In this document: in pieces, positions 19,910 through 30,024 of the stretch | Position numbering within the stretch: the stretch's first letter is position 1 | How the letters are laid out: the number at the start of each line of letters is the position of its first letter | NCBI GenBank assembly: GCA_965219535.1 | Contig: CBDCNV010000001.1 | Coordinates: forward strand, 2,007,230 to 2,071,229 | Reading direction: 5' to 3' | DNA from: Opitutales bacterium | GTDB taxonomy: Bacteria; Verrucomicrobiota; Verrucomicrobiia; Opitutales; PNEW01 | DNA: 64,000 bases | Translations under genes and position numbers: made by a program | Notes under the pieces: model-generated | What the model was told of the DNA's origin: nothing | Seen by the model: the letters and a program-made list of their open reading frames with translations, nothing else | Databases searched by the model: none

Positions 19910-22294
19910 TTAAAAGAACAGGTTTATTCGCCCTTCGAGTCGAAAAGGTAATTCACGAGAGACAAGTAAGTTGTTGACAAAAGTATCACCGTTATGAACC
20001 CAGTTTGTCTCGTCCGTAATATTGTATAAGGTGATCTCTGCTTTCCATTTTGGTTTACTATAGGAAATCGCGGCATTCAAAGAAAATTGTGTTGGAAAGT
20101 GAAATTCCGCGTCTAGATTGCCAATTTGCTCACTCTCTACGGAACCCCAAAGCCTGAATCCTAAGCCGGAGGTGGGCCGGTAACTACTTCCCGCGTTAAA
20201 CAGCCAACGGGACATTCCTGGAATACGCCAATCTGCAGCCGGCGCCTGGTTGGCCCCGGGGAAAGATTCATAACCGAGCCCTGTTCCGCGAGCTCCCGGA
20301 CCGGTACCAGGCGCATAAAGATCATATATCGAACGTCCCCCCAACTGAAAAGGGGCAGAATCCCGGTAATGCCCTTCGCTAAATGTAAGGTTAGAGTAAA
20401 TGTAGAAATCGTTTTTCGGTTGATAGACACTTTCTAATTCAAAACCTTGTACACGGATATCGTTTTTACCTCCACGAAACTCTACTTTTTTTCGATCTTG
20501 AGAAAAAGCAGTTAATCCAACGAAAAGCTTATGCTCATAAAAACTAAATCGCATGCCACCTTCGTAAAGATCGCTGCGATTATTAAAATCGTTTCTATCG
20601 ATTTGATTATTGAAGAGAAATATACCGCCGCCCGTCACACTTCCATTGACCGCTCGGGAACGATTATAGGTGAAATAAAAAGTAGATGAAGTATTGGGCT
20701 TATAATAAAGGCTGAGATGACCGCTAAAGTGGTGAAAGTCATGATTGTCATTCCAGGGATCTCCACCGGGGGGTGGCAGCGGGTCTGTGACGTCTGCAAA
20801 AAAGGAGTCTCCACGCAAACCGTATAGAAAATGTAAATTATCGGTCAGCTCAAATTCATGCTGCCAGAAAAGTCCGATATTCCACAATTTTGAATGAGTT
20901 GTTTCGGGGCTGAACAGTTCGGCTCCAAAAAAAGGTCTTTCCCCAGGTCCAGGCAACCCAGGAAAATATGTCTGACTGAACTGCTCACTGAAGTTAAAAT
21001 CTGTCGGCGGACGCGTAATATCGTAATTGAAAAAATACTCATTGAAAAAGTTTATGTAATTTTCGCGCTCCTCATAGCGAAAGGTAATCCCACTCAATAT
21101 TTCATGTTCTCTCCCCCCCCACTGAGGATGAAAATTGAACTCATATCGCGACTCCCAGGTAATTTGGTCGACGTATTCTATATACTCCAGCTCATGAAAT
21201 CGACGGCGCGTAATATACTCAAACAAAATTCGATTTGTAAATGCTAAGGTATTTTCTTCGTTCACTGTAGTAATTAACTGAGCATGAAAAACATTCGCAT
21301 TGCTAAAATCACTATCGGAATAAAGGGTGTCGGTGGGGTCAATAGAGGTCGTCCCGTCTGGTGTCAGGAACCAGGGTTCGACAAAGGGACCACCAATATC
21401 ATCAACCTTTCCGGTATAATATATTCCTTTATCGATGAGTTCCTGAGAGGGGCGATTAACACCAAGGAGCTGAGGAATTGCCTGCCAACTGTACTGGGTA
21501 TTAAAATCCATCTTCACCCCTTTATTCGGCCTCCAGGTTAATGCCAGATGAATATCCTGACGGTCATTGCGTGCGCCATTAGCATTGAACAAGGTTTCGT
21601 TTTCCTGCCCTGCATAACTGAGTCTCCCAGCTAAAGTATCCTCAACAAGCGGTTGATTAATATCAATACGCCACAAGCTACTAAAAAATGAATTGTTCTC
21701 AGGAACCCAGGAACCAAAGCGCATATGGACATTCGTAAAGGACTCATCCAGGTGAGGCTGTTTTGTTATATAGTTAAGATACCCTCCGCTGTAAAAACTG
21801 GGGCCGTATACCGATGACCCCGGTCCTCGCACGATATCAATCGACTCAACATTATTAAATCCGGGCTGCATTCCATTAATATTTGCAGAGCGACGCTGTC
21901 CATTCAGGTAAGCCTCAGCGACATCACCGCGAATCGTTGGCGTCGTCAGATTTCCGAAACGTGATGGGGCCGATGCACTCGGGCTGAATAATACTGTTTC
22001 CTCTATTGTTTCAATTCCGTGGTCACGGAGCAGAGCTTCATTGATGAGGCTTACCCCACGTGGGGTATCGAGAATATTGCGGCGAGTACCAAACAGGGAG
22101 GCAACGGAACGCGCTAGAGGGTTAATAGAATCTTCATAAGACAATCCTTCTACAATGTATTCATCCATAGTATGGATAGATTCATCAGAACTCGACTCCT
22201 GAGCCAAAACCAACCCAGGTATTGAGAAGACGATTATAAAATTCGACAGAAAACCCCAGAAGCTGTTCTCGATTGTATGAGTTTTTTTCGTCAT
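19910..22294 (-). CDS. TonB-dependent outer-membrane receptor (thiamin or thiamin-precursor uptake inferred from the upstream riboswitch)
   Basis: It is 794 aa with a signal peptide, a TonB-box-like DEYIVEG, a plug domain, a long beta-barrel and a C-terminal aromatic residue (NLFF). Confidence 0.9.
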   Translation of the reverse strand: MTKKTHTIENSFWGFLSNFIIVFSIPGLVLAQESSSDESIHTMDEYIVEGLSYEDSINPLARSVASLFGTRRNILDTPRGVSLINEALLRDHGIETIEETVLFSPSASAPSRFGNLTTPTIRGDVAEAYLNGQRRSANINGMQPGFNNVESIDIVRGPGSSVYGPSFYSGGYLNYITKQPHLDESFTNVHMRFGSWVPENNSFFSSLWRIDINQPLVEDTLAGRLSYAGQENETLFNANGARNDRQDIHLALTWRPNKGVKMDFNTQYSWQAIPQLLGVNRPSQELIDKGIYYTGKVDDIGGPFVEPWFLTPDGTTSIDPTDTLYSDSDFSNANVFHAQLITTVNEENTLAFTNRILFEYITRRRFHELEYIEYVDQITWESRYEFNFHPQWGGREHEILSGITFRYEERENYINFFNEYFFNYDITRPPTDFNFSEQFSQTYFPGLPGPGERPFFGAELFSPETTHSKLWNIGLFWQHEFELTDNLHFLYGLRGDSFFADVTDPLPPPGGDPWNDNHDFHHFSGHLSLYYKPNTSSTFYFTYNRSRAVNGSVTGGGIFLFNNQIDRNDFNNRSDLYEGGMRFSFYEHKLFVGLTAFSQDRKKVEFRGGKNDIRVQGFELESVYQPKNDFYIYSNLTFSEGHYRDSAPFQLGGRSIYDLYAPGTGPGARGTGLGYESFPGANQAPAADWRIPGMSRWLFNAGSSYRPTSGLGFRLWGSVESEQIGNLDAEFHFPTQFSLNAAISYSKPKWKAEITLYNITDETNWVHNGDTFVNNLLVSRELPFRLEGRINLFF

Positions 22295-22339
22295 GTGTCT
22301 TCACAAAGCCACTCCGGTAAAGGACACACGCAGAATCTT

Positions 22340-22440
22340 ACACTTGCATTCCTCCGCCGGCATGACCCGGATCAGGTTCCATGGGTAGCAAAGTCGATCG
22401 TGCTTCATTCTCAGCCCTACGCGAAGGGCTCCCCGTTTTA
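22340..22440 (-). promoter_or_regulatory. TPP (THI-box) riboswitch aptamer in the 5' leader of the TonB-dependent receptor
   Basis: The reverse strand reads ACGGGGAGCCCUUCGCGUAGGGCUGAGAAUGAAGCACGAUCGACUUUGCUACCCAUGGAACCUGAUCCGGGUCAUGCCGGCGGAGGAAUG. This contains the invariant CUGAGA, ACCC and ACCUGAUCNGGNUNAUGCCNGCG elements and the GGGA-like 3' end, in the correct order and spacing. Confidence 0.9.
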
Positions 22441-22539
22441 ATAATTTTAAACAATATTAAGTAAATGATATCTCATATATCAACATTAATTCTTCCTCGA
22501 ATCGATCATCCCTTATATAGATTAAAGGCCGATCACCGA

Positions 22540-23727
22540 TTAAACTAAAATCTCTTCAACAATCCCGTCGAGGGCATGTTTTACAGGCACCGAACCATTG
22601 ACTAATGCATACCGGTAGCGTTTCCCTTCATAATTACGCATCACCACTTCAGTTTCTGTTATTCTCTCTACATATTCGGGGTTAACCGGCACCTTTCCAC
22701 CACCACCCGGAGCATCAATAACAAATTGAGGGACGGCATAACCCGTAGTATGACCACGCAACCCCTCTATAATTTTAATGCCAGTTTGGACATCAGACCT
22801 CAAGTGAGAGCTACCGGTGATCAAGTCACACTGATAAATGTAATAGGGTCGAACGCGCATCATAAGTAGTCGGTGAACGAGAGATTTCATCACCTCAACA
22901 TTGTCATTTATCTTTTTCAGCAGAACAGATTGGTTTCCTAAAGGGACACCGGCAAAAGAGAGTTGGTCACAAGCTTCTTTTACTTCCCATGTGCACTCTT
23001 TAGGATGGTTGGCATGAATGCTCATCCAAATCGGCCCGTGATTTTTTAATATCTCGCACAGTTCTGGTGTAATACGTTGAGGGAGAAAAATGGGAATACG
23101 CGTTCCTATGCGGATAAATTCAATATGTTCGATAGCACGAAGACGCGTAAGGAGGTAATCTAATTTTTTATCTGAAAGAAGAAGTGGATCCCCACCACTG
23201 AGGAGTACATCGCGAACCTCTTTGTGTTCTTCAATATATTTCAGCCCATTTTCCATCTCGGGGTGAAAATTATAATCCTGGGCGTTGGAAACAAGTCGGC
23301 TACGTGTACAATAGCGGCAATAAGCGGCACAACGATCGGTTACGAGAAAAAGGACCCGATCCGGATAGCGATGAACCAGCCCTTCCACCGGCATCGTTTT
23401 TTCTTCACCCACCGGATCGAGCATTTCTTCCGGTGCTGTAATCATTTCTTCTCCGCGTGGGATTACCTGGCGTCTTATGGGGCAATCGGCATCCTCCCGG
23501 TCGATAAGATTAAAAAAATAGGGTGTTATCGCCACAGCCAGTTTATGATCAGCATATTGACAACCCGCTTTCTCTTCCTCGGTAAGTGTCATGTATTGCT
23601 TCAATTGCGCAGCAGTTGTGATACGATTCTGTAGTTGCCAGACCCAGTTATTCCAATCACTCTTCGCTACATCTGCCCAAAGGCCTTGACCACGATACCA
23701 ATTACTCAATTTATCTTCAGGATACAT
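22540..23727 (-). CDS. kamA: lysine 2,3-aminomutase family radical SAM enzyme (KamA/AblA-like)
   Basis: It has the radical SAM motif CAAYCRYCTRS and the KamA-type N-terminal region (WNNWVWQLQNRI). The length is 395 aa. The beta-lysine versus beta-glutamate specificity cannot be resolved. Confidence 0.85.
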   Translation of the reverse strand: MYPEDKLSNWYRGQGLWADVAKSDWNNWVWQLQNRITTAAQLKQYMTLTEEEKAGCQYADHKLAVAITPYFFNLIDREDADCPIRRQVIPRGEEMITAPEEMLDPVGEEKTMPVEGLVHRYPDRVLFLVTDRCAAYCRYCTRSRLVSNAQDYNFHPEMENGLKYIEEHKEVRDVLLSGGDPLLLSDKKLDYLLTRLRAIEHIEFIRIGTRIPIFLPQRITPELCEILKNHGPIWMSIHANHPKECTWEVKEACDQLSFAGVPLGNQSVLLKKINDNVEVMKSLVHRLLMMRVRPYYIYQCDLITGSSHLRSDVQTGIKIIEGLRGHTTGYAVPQFVIDAPGGGGKVPVNPEYVERITETEVVMRNYEGKRYRYALVNGSVPVKHALDGIVEEILV

Positions 23728-23776
23728 GTATGCTTATATTTCTTTAATCTGCACTCGAGCTCACTATAAATGCATT

Positions 23777-23791
23777 AATCATTTAATGATT
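23777..23791. promoter_or_regulatory. perfect 7-1-7 palindrome AATCATT-T-AATGATT, candidate ArsR/SmtB operator
   Basis: It lies in the 185-bp divergent kamA/arsR-family intergenic region, about 120 bp upstream of the regulator start. The TCAT..ATGA core resembles SmtB/ArsR-type operators. Confidence 0.3.
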
Positions 23792-23912
23792 TTTATCTTG
23801 TCAGTAAGAATCCATATATTTAAATAAGTCAATACATTATGCGGAGATAGAGCATTAAATCAGGCACCACGTCTAAATGGTGATATATTAGACAGCTAAA
23901 AAAGGGATATAA

Positions 23913-24245
23913 GTGGATAAGAATGACGAACTGGCAAAACAGTTTTGGGCGCTGGGTGACCCATTACGGCTAAAAATCCTGCAGCTATTGCCACACACTC
24001 CCAACTGCGAACATCATAACAATGTTTCCCAGCTTGCGGAGAAGCTCGGGTTGAGCCAACCAACCATTTCCCATCACTTACGAATATTGAGACAAGCGGG
24101 GTTAGTTTCACATAAAAAAATGTGTCGTGATTGTTTCTATTGGATCGAATTGGAAGCTACAGCCGCAGTCTTGGAAAGCATGCGCACAGCTTTACATTTA
24201 GACTATAAAGAAGAAGCCACTTTTAAAGATCCGGCTAGTATCTGA
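23913..24245 (+). CDS. ArsR/SmtB family transcriptional regulator
   Basis: Winged-HTH signature: LGDPLRLKILQLL ... VSQLAEKLGLSQPTISHHLRILRQAGLV. The start is GTG. Confidence 0.88.
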   Translation: MDKNDELAKQFWALGDPLRLKILQLLPHTPNCEHHNNVSQLAEKLGLSQPTISHHLRILRQAGLVSHKKMCRDCFYWIELEATAAVLESMRTALHLDYKEEATFKDPASI

Positions 24246-24284
24246 ACTAAAAACAGATGGATAATAGCAGTTACTACAGCAGCA

Positions 24285-25448
24285 ATGTCTAAAATTAAAG
24301 CCGGAATTTTAGCCCTTGAAAATGGGAAAATATATCGGGGCAAGGCATTCGGCGCAGTAAAGACGGTAGTTGGAGAGAGCGTCTTCAACACAAGCATGAC
24401 AGGTTATCAGGAAATTCTGACCGATCCTTCTTATTATGCGCAAATTGTAACTATGACCGCCCCTCAAATCGGCAATTATGGGATCAATCCAGACGATGTT
24501 GAATCCGATTCCCCAAAGGTGGCCGGGTTCATTGTACGCGAACTCAGCCCCCTTAGCAGTAACTGGCGAAGCCGGCAAGGGCTCGATGATTATCTGACTG
24601 AATTTGGTATCCCCGCATTGAGTGGTGTAGATACACGCACCATCACAAAAAATTTACGCACGCATGGAGCTCTCAAGGCTTGCCTCAGCACGGAAGAAAT
24701 ATCTGGCGATGAAGCCGTTCAACGCGCGCGTGACTGGCCAGGCCTTTTGGGTGTAGATTATGTTAAGGAAGTCACATGCAAGTCGACTTACACCTGGGAT
24801 CCTGAGGGAAAAGACAAACACCCTTTTACGGTAAAGGGAACGCGCCTTTTAGACCCGGCGAAAAAAAAGAAAAACTATAAGGTTGTCGCCTATGATTTTG
24901 GTGCAAAATACAATATTTTTCGAAAACTGCGCTACCATGGCTTTGAAGTCGAAGTCGTACCTGCGGATACTCCGTCAGATAAAGTTGACGCATTAAAGCC
25001 CGATGGCGTTTTCTTATCGAATGGCCCTGGCGATCCGGCACCTCTAACCTACACGCATAAAGCAGTTGCTGAATTAATTCAACGCTACCCTACTTTTGGA
25101 ATTTGTCTCGGACATCAGATCATTACCCATGCCCTTGGCGCTAAAACCTACAAGTTGAAGTTCGGTCATCGGGGCGCTAATCAACCCGTTAAGAATTTAG
25201 AAACGGGAGAAGTCTACATCACCTCGCAAAACCATGGATTCGCCGCAACAAGGGAGGAACTGGAAAAAACAGACGCGATTGTCACTGAAATAAATCTTAA
25301 TGATCAAACAGTGGCAGGTCTGCGTCTTAAAGATAAACCTGTTTTTTCGGTTCAATACCACCCCGAGGCTTCACCTGGACCACATGATACAGATAAACTG
25401 TTCGAGAAGTTTTATAAGCTCGTCGAAGACCGAAACAATTCAATGTAG
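24285..25448 (+). CDS. carA: carbamoyl-phosphate synthase small (glutaminase) subunit
   Basis: The N-terminal CPSase small-chain domain is followed by a GATase with the catalytic GICLGHQ and YHPE motifs. Confidence 0.95.
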   Translation: MSKIKAGILALENGKIYRGKAFGAVKTVVGESVFNTSMTGYQEILTDPSYYAQIVTMTAPQIGNYGINPDDVESDSPKVAGFIVRELSPLSSNWRSRQGLDDYLTEFGIPALSGVDTRTITKNLRTHGALKACLSTEEISGDEAVQRARDWPGLLGVDYVKEVTCKSTYTWDPEGKDKHPFTVKGTRLLDPAKKKKNYKVVAYDFGAKYNIFRKLRYHGFEVEVVPADTPSDKVDALKPDGVFLSNGPGDPAPLTYTHKAVAELIQRYPTFGICLGHQIITHALGAKTYKLKFGHRGANQPVKNLETGEVYITSQNHGFAATREELEKTDAIVTEINLNDQTVAGLRLKDKPVFSVQYHPEASPGPHDTDKLFEKFYKLVEDRNNSM

Positions 25449-25559
25449 ATAATGTTAATCGGTTTAGAATTAGTAAGCAATTAGATGTTTAATTCGATTA
25501 CCTTGTAGAGGAATATCTGCAGAACAGATAAGGGGAATTCATTTACACATCCATTTCTC

Positions 25560-26309
25560 TTATACACTTATTCTTTTTTCAAATCCCTCGATGTCTTCCG
25601 GAGCATCTACTCCCGCCGCCGGTTCATTTGTTATTCCAACTGCGATCCTATAACCATTTTCAAGAGCGCGTAACTGTTCTAATCTTTCAATCATTTCCAA
25701 TCTACCGGGCGACAGCTTACTGAATTTATTAATAAATTCTGCGGTGTAGGCATATAATCCCAAATGCCAATAATATGTATTTTCCTGCAAACTTTCATTT
25801 TCAATAGCCCCCCGTTGAGTTCTTGCGAACGGGATGGGTGATCGAGAAAAATACAGGGCCCGGTTCTGGTTATCAAAGACAACTTTTACTTTGTCGGGAT
25901 CCCGAAAATCATCCGCCTGACTAAATGGAGCAGCCATTGTCGCCATATCGATATCAGGCTCGAGTATCAATTTTTTAAGGGTTTCAATCTGGCTTGAGGT
26001 CACGAGAGGTTCGTCTGCTTGTACGTTAATTATATAGTCAGCCTGAATTTTTTCATTTGCCTCTGCTATGCGATCAGTCCCACTGGGATGTTCAGCCGAG
26101 GTTTTTATCGGCTGGTAACCGTGATCCTCAAGAAGGTTAAAAAGCTCCTCATCCTCTACGGCGAAATGCAAAGGTATATCAGGTGCCTCGGAAGAAATAC
26201 GTTCAGCAGTCCACAAAATCAAAGGTTTATTCTGCACAAGATGAAGTAACTTGCGTGGAAAGCGTTTGGAAGCTAATCGAGCCGGAACGACAATGGCGAT
26301 ATCAGACAT
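25560..26309 (-). CDS. kdsB: 3-deoxy-manno-octulosonate cytidylyltransferase (CMP-Kdo synthetase)
   Basis: It has the N-terminal IVVPARLASKRFPRK motif, VQADEP, and a length of 249 aa. Confidence 0.9.
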   Translation of the reverse strand: MSDIAIVVPARLASKRFPRKLLHLVQNKPLILWTAERISSEAPDIPLHFAVEDEELFNLLEDHGYQPIKTSAEHPSGTDRIAEANEKIQADYIINVQADEPLVTSSQIETLKKLILEPDIDMATMAAPFSQADDFRDPDKVKVVFDNQNRALYFSRSPIPFARTQRGAIENESLQENTYYWHLGLYAYTAEFINKFSKLSPGRLEMIERLEQLRALENGYRIAVGITNEPAAGVDAPEDIEGFEKRISV

Positions 26310-26348
26310 TTATTTAAACTTTATTGTAAATTCATATTATCAAATCGA

Positions 26349-27209
26349 TCAATCTCTGGCAGACTTCGGATCGAGCGCATCTCGTAATCCATCTCCTAGA
26401 AAGTTAAGTGAAAAAAGAGTGAGTGAGAAAAAAAGCACAGGGAACATAAGCAGCCAAGGATAAACTTCCATTTTTTCTGCTCCCTCTTTAATCAGGAGCC
26501 CCCAGGAACTCATTGGTGGTTGCACACCAAGCCCTAAAAAACTTAAGACCGCTTCTAAAAGCATGACTGCCGGTATGGTCAAAGTGGCATAAACAATTAT
26601 CGGCCCCAGTGAATTGGGAATAAGATGACGTAAAATTATTCGGCTTTGAGAAGAACCCAATGAGATCGCGGCATCAACAAATTCCAGCTTTTTTAAAGAT
26701 TGTACCTGACCACGCACAATCCGAGCCATCGTTAGCCATTCTACAGCACCTATTGCGATAAACAATAAAACAATGTTACGTCCGAATACCACCATGAGGA
26801 GGATAACAAAAATCGTGAATGGCAGAGCATACAGGATATCTACAAAACGCATCATCAAGGAATCTGTTTTCCCACCAATGTATCCCGCGACTGCACCGTA
26901 TATTACACCTATCACTATAGACACTAGGGTCGCCATAAAACCAACCCCCAATGAAATACGCCCCCCATAGAGCAGACGAGTAATTAAGTCGCGACCGAGA
27001 ACATCCGTGCCCATCCAATGCTTTAAACTGGGTACCTGTGCTCCATATAGGAGATCCTGCTCTTCATAAGTGTAAGGTGATAATAAAGGTCCGCACACAC
27101 TTAACACTGTCATGAGGATAAAAACGATGAGTCCAAATTGGGCTAATTTATTATTCCTTAACCGGTCATAGGCGTCTTTCCACAATGAAATCGAATGATC
27201 TTTATTCAT
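26349..27209 (-). CDS. peptide/nickel-type ABC transporter permease (OppC/DppC family)
   Basis: It has six TM segments and the BPD_transp_1 EAA-loop region (VDAAISLGSSQSRIILRHLIPN). Confidence 0.88.
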   Translation of the reverse strand: MNKDHSISLWKDAYDRLRNNKLAQFGLIVFILMTVLSVCGPLLSPYTYEEQDLLYGAQVPSLKHWMGTDVLGRDLITRLLYGGRISLGVGFMATLVSIVIGVIYGAVAGYIGGKTDSLMMRFVDILYALPFTIFVILLMVVFGRNIVLLFIAIGAVEWLTMARIVRGQVQSLKKLEFVDAAISLGSSQSRIILRHLIPNSLGPIIVYATLTIPAVMLLEAVLSFLGLGVQPPMSSWGLLIKEGAEKMEVYPWLLMFPVLFFSLTLFSLNFLGDGLRDALDPKSARD

Positions 27210-27239
27210 CAGTTGAATTATTACTAGAGAAACTATTGT

Positions 27240-28157
27240 TCATTCATATTTTAAACGGGGATTTATTATTACCTGAATAATATCCACAATGAGGTTCAAA
27301 AGAATTATAAGCGTGGCGTAAAACAGAACCGTGCCTAAGACCATCGTATAATCACGATTGAATGCGGCCATGACAAAGAATCTGCCCAAACCTGGAACTT
27401 GAAATATTGTCTCCACGACAAATGACCCGCTGATTAAACCGGCGGAAGCCGGACCAAGGAACGCCACGACGGGTAACAGCCCAGTCTTGATTCCATGCAC
27501 CAGGACAACACGCCATTCAGACAATCCCTTAGCGCGTGCAGTGCGGATGTAATCACTGCTGAGAATCTCTAGCATTCCACTGCGCGTGAGCCGCGCGATG
27601 TAAGCGGCATAATATATGCCAAGGGTAAAAGCTGGTAGGACCCGGTCGCTCCATTGCTCCCAACCAAGGGGATTAAACCATCCTAAATAGAGTCCAAAAA
27701 ACAAAACCAGGAGTGGCCCCATAACAAAGGTCGGCATACAAATTCCAGCCATCGCAATTGACATCGGTAAATAGTCCCATGACGAATTTTTATTTACCGC
27801 GGCAATCGTACCTGAAATTGTTCCCAATAAAACGGCGATAATTAAAGCGAGCAACCCCAGTTCCAGGGAGACGAGGAAAGATTGCCCTATCAATTCATTT
27901 ACCGTCCAACCTACATATTTAAATGATGGACCGAGGTCACCTTGAAATAAATTCCCCATGTAGTGGAGGTATTGCAGCCACATGGGATTATCAAAACCGT
28001 AATGTGCCTCGAGGTTCACCCGGATTTCGGGAGGAACGGCTTTTTCATCACTAAGAGGATCACCTGGCGCGAGGCGAATCAGAAAAAAAGTAACAGTCGC
28101 GATGATAAGGATGACGGGAATGGCATAGATAACTCGCCTGCAAATAAAATTAAACAT
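27240..28157 (-). CDS. peptide/nickel-type ABC transporter permease (OppB/DppB family)
   Basis: It has the N-terminal RRVIYAIPVILII...FFLIRLAPGDP signature and the EAA loop (DYIRTARAKGLSE). Confidence 0.9.
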   Translation of the reverse strand: MFNFICRRVIYAIPVILIIATVTFFLIRLAPGDPLSDEKAVPPEIRVNLEAHYGFDNPMWLQYLHYMGNLFQGDLGPSFKYVGWTVNELIGQSFLVSLELGLLALIIAVLLGTISGTIAAVNKNSSWDYLPMSIAMAGICMPTFVMGPLLVLFFGLYLGWFNPLGWEQWSDRVLPAFTLGIYYAAYIARLTRSGMLEILSSDYIRTARAKGLSEWRVVLVHGIKTGLLPVVAFLGPASAGLISGSFVVETIFQVPGLGRFFVMAAFNRDYTMVLGTVLFYATLIILLNLIVDIIQVIINPRLKYE

Positions 28158-28182
28158 TCTTAATGATTTCTCAATAAACTAA

Positions 28183-29811
28183 TTATTCACTGTCCAGGTA
28201 CACATGCTTGTAGGGATGACGGTCGAGGATGTTGGGGTGCCAACCGCGGACACTGGGTTGGATAAGTAAACTGCGCACATAAAAATAGATTGGCATAACG
28301 GGTAATTCCTCGAGGAGGATTTCTTCTGCATCTTGGAAATGACTAAAGCGTTCCTCTTTAGCTAAATTCTTACTGGCGAGGGAAATTAAATTATCATATT
28401 CGAGATTTGACCATCCGGTTCGATTATTACCTCCGTCCGTGATCCATAAATCGAGAAACGTGTTGGGGTCATTATAATCCCCGATCCAACCAAAGCGCCC
28501 TATTTGATAATTTTTACTATGCATGCTGTTTAGAAACACTTTCCACTCTTGATTCAGTAATTTTATCTTAATATTAAGCGCCTTTTTCCAAATCTGTTGA
28601 ATGGCCTCAGCCAAGGTGCGATGGCGCTCGCTGGTATTATAGAGCAGTTCAAGTTCAGGAAAACCCTCTCCATCAGGGTACCCTGCTTGAGCAAGTAAAT
28701 CACGTGCTTTTTCACTATCGTACTCTATTCGGGCCCTCGCATTATAGCCTCCCGTATCCGGGGGAGTAAAGTGATAGGCAGATTGTTGACCTGCACGTGT
28801 TACATATTGAGTGATCTCATCTCGGTTCAGAGATAATGATAACGCCTTGCGCACACGAATATCGTCCAGGGGTGGTGAATTGACATTAAACAAATAGCAA
28901 TAGGTTCCAAGATAGGTATCAAACCGACTCATATCCGGTCTTTCTTCAAGGTAGTAATCGACACGATGAAACGGTATGGTGTTAGTAATATGAATATAAC
29001 CTACGCGAAAAGCACGCTCTTCTGCATCCCTACTTTCTATAGGCAAAAAACGAATTTCATTCAACTTCACTTGTTCTGCGTCCCAGTATAGCGGATTTTT
29101 TTTTACACTAATCCTTTGATTAATGATCCAGTCCTTTAAAGTGAAGGGCCCATTTGAAACTATGTTTCCCGGGCGAGTCCAAGGTGTCCCCCGCTCGGTC
29201 ATGCCACCAAATTTTTCAACTGTCGGGGGGTGCACCGGCCACCAGGATAAATGGCTTTGAAGTTCGAGAAAATAGGGTATAGGACTTTCCAATATAATCT
29301 CCAGTTTCTTATCACCGTGAGCTTTGACTCCAACGAGGGAAAAATCCGTAATTTCTCGACCATTAAAAGCTCGTGCATTTTTCATCGCGTAGAGCATATA
29401 AGCATTTTCAGCCGCCAAATCGGGTGATAGGATACGTTCATAAGAATAGACAAAATCATGCGCTGTAACTGCATCCCCATTTGACCAAACTGCGTCTTCG
29501 CGAAAATGAAAAATATACCGTTTCCCCTCTTCGAATACTTCCCAACTTTTTGCCACCCCTGGTACTGGATGAAGATCGATCGGATCTTCTGATACTAAGC
29601 CTTCAAAAAGAGCCGAAACAATATTATGTTCAGGAACACCTGTTACAATGTGTGGATCCAGTCCTTCAGGTTCGGTACCATTGCCAATATATAATATCTG
29701 TTCACGGTTGCCACGCTCAACGTTAGTTTCCCGAATTCCACATCCAGCGATACTCAAACTCAGAGCTGCTGGTAAGAGGCTCTTTATTATTATAAGATAG
29801 ATTCTTGGCAT
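28183..29811 (-). CDS. ABC transporter substrate-binding lipoprotein, family 5 (OppA/DppA/NikA-like)
   Basis: It has an SBP_bac_5 architecture. The ATG at 29811 gives MPRIYLIIIKSLLPAALSLSIAGC with a lipobox. I judge the longer TTG-initiated ORF to 29850 less likely. Confidence 0.88.
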   Translation of the reverse strand: MPRIYLIIIKSLLPAALSLSIAGCGIRETNVERGNREQILYIGNGTEPEGLDPHIVTGVPEHNIVSALFEGLVSEDPIDLHPVPGVAKSWEVFEEGKRYIFHFREDAVWSNGDAVTAHDFVYSYERILSPDLAAENAYMLYAMKNARAFNGREITDFSLVGVKAHGDKKLEIILESPIPYFLELQSHLSWWPVHPPTVEKFGGMTERGTPWTRPGNIVSNGPFTLKDWIINQRISVKKNPLYWDAEQVKLNEIRFLPIESRDAEERAFRVGYIHITNTIPFHRVDYYLEERPDMSRFDTYLGTYCYLFNVNSPPLDDIRVRKALSLSLNRDEITQYVTRAGQQSAYHFTPPDTGGYNARARIEYDSEKARDLLAQAGYPDGEGFPELELLYNTSERHRTLAEAIQQIWKKALNIKIKLLNQEWKVFLNSMHSKNYQIGRFGWIGDYNDPNTFLDLWITDGGNNRTGWSNLEYDNLISLASKNLAKEERFSHFQDAEEILLEELPVMPIYFYVRSLLIQPSVRGWHPNILDRHPYKHVYLDSE

Positions 29812-30024
29812 CCAGTCGTTAATGCAACGGTGTGTTGATAAAATCTGCAATATTTTACTGAGAGATTAAGCAGCTTTAAAGTTATGTGTTTTATTTCTAT
29901 ATGGAGTTAAACTGCACTTCGATCCGTTGTGCACCCTTTTCAAATACAGGATGCGAGGAACTCATTTCCTTTATATTCAAAGCGCTTGCTAAAGGCAAAA
30001 TAGGCCCCTAGTGATTATTTTAAG

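Noticed and set aside
22540-23727. I considered whether kamA marks an N-epsilon-acetyl-beta-lysine osmolyte (ablAB) locus or an EF-P lysylation (epmB) gene.
   Set aside because: No ablB acetyltransferase, epmA or efp gene is adjacent. The 395-aa length with the KamA-type N-terminus argues against EpmB. The physiological role cannot be inferred from this window.
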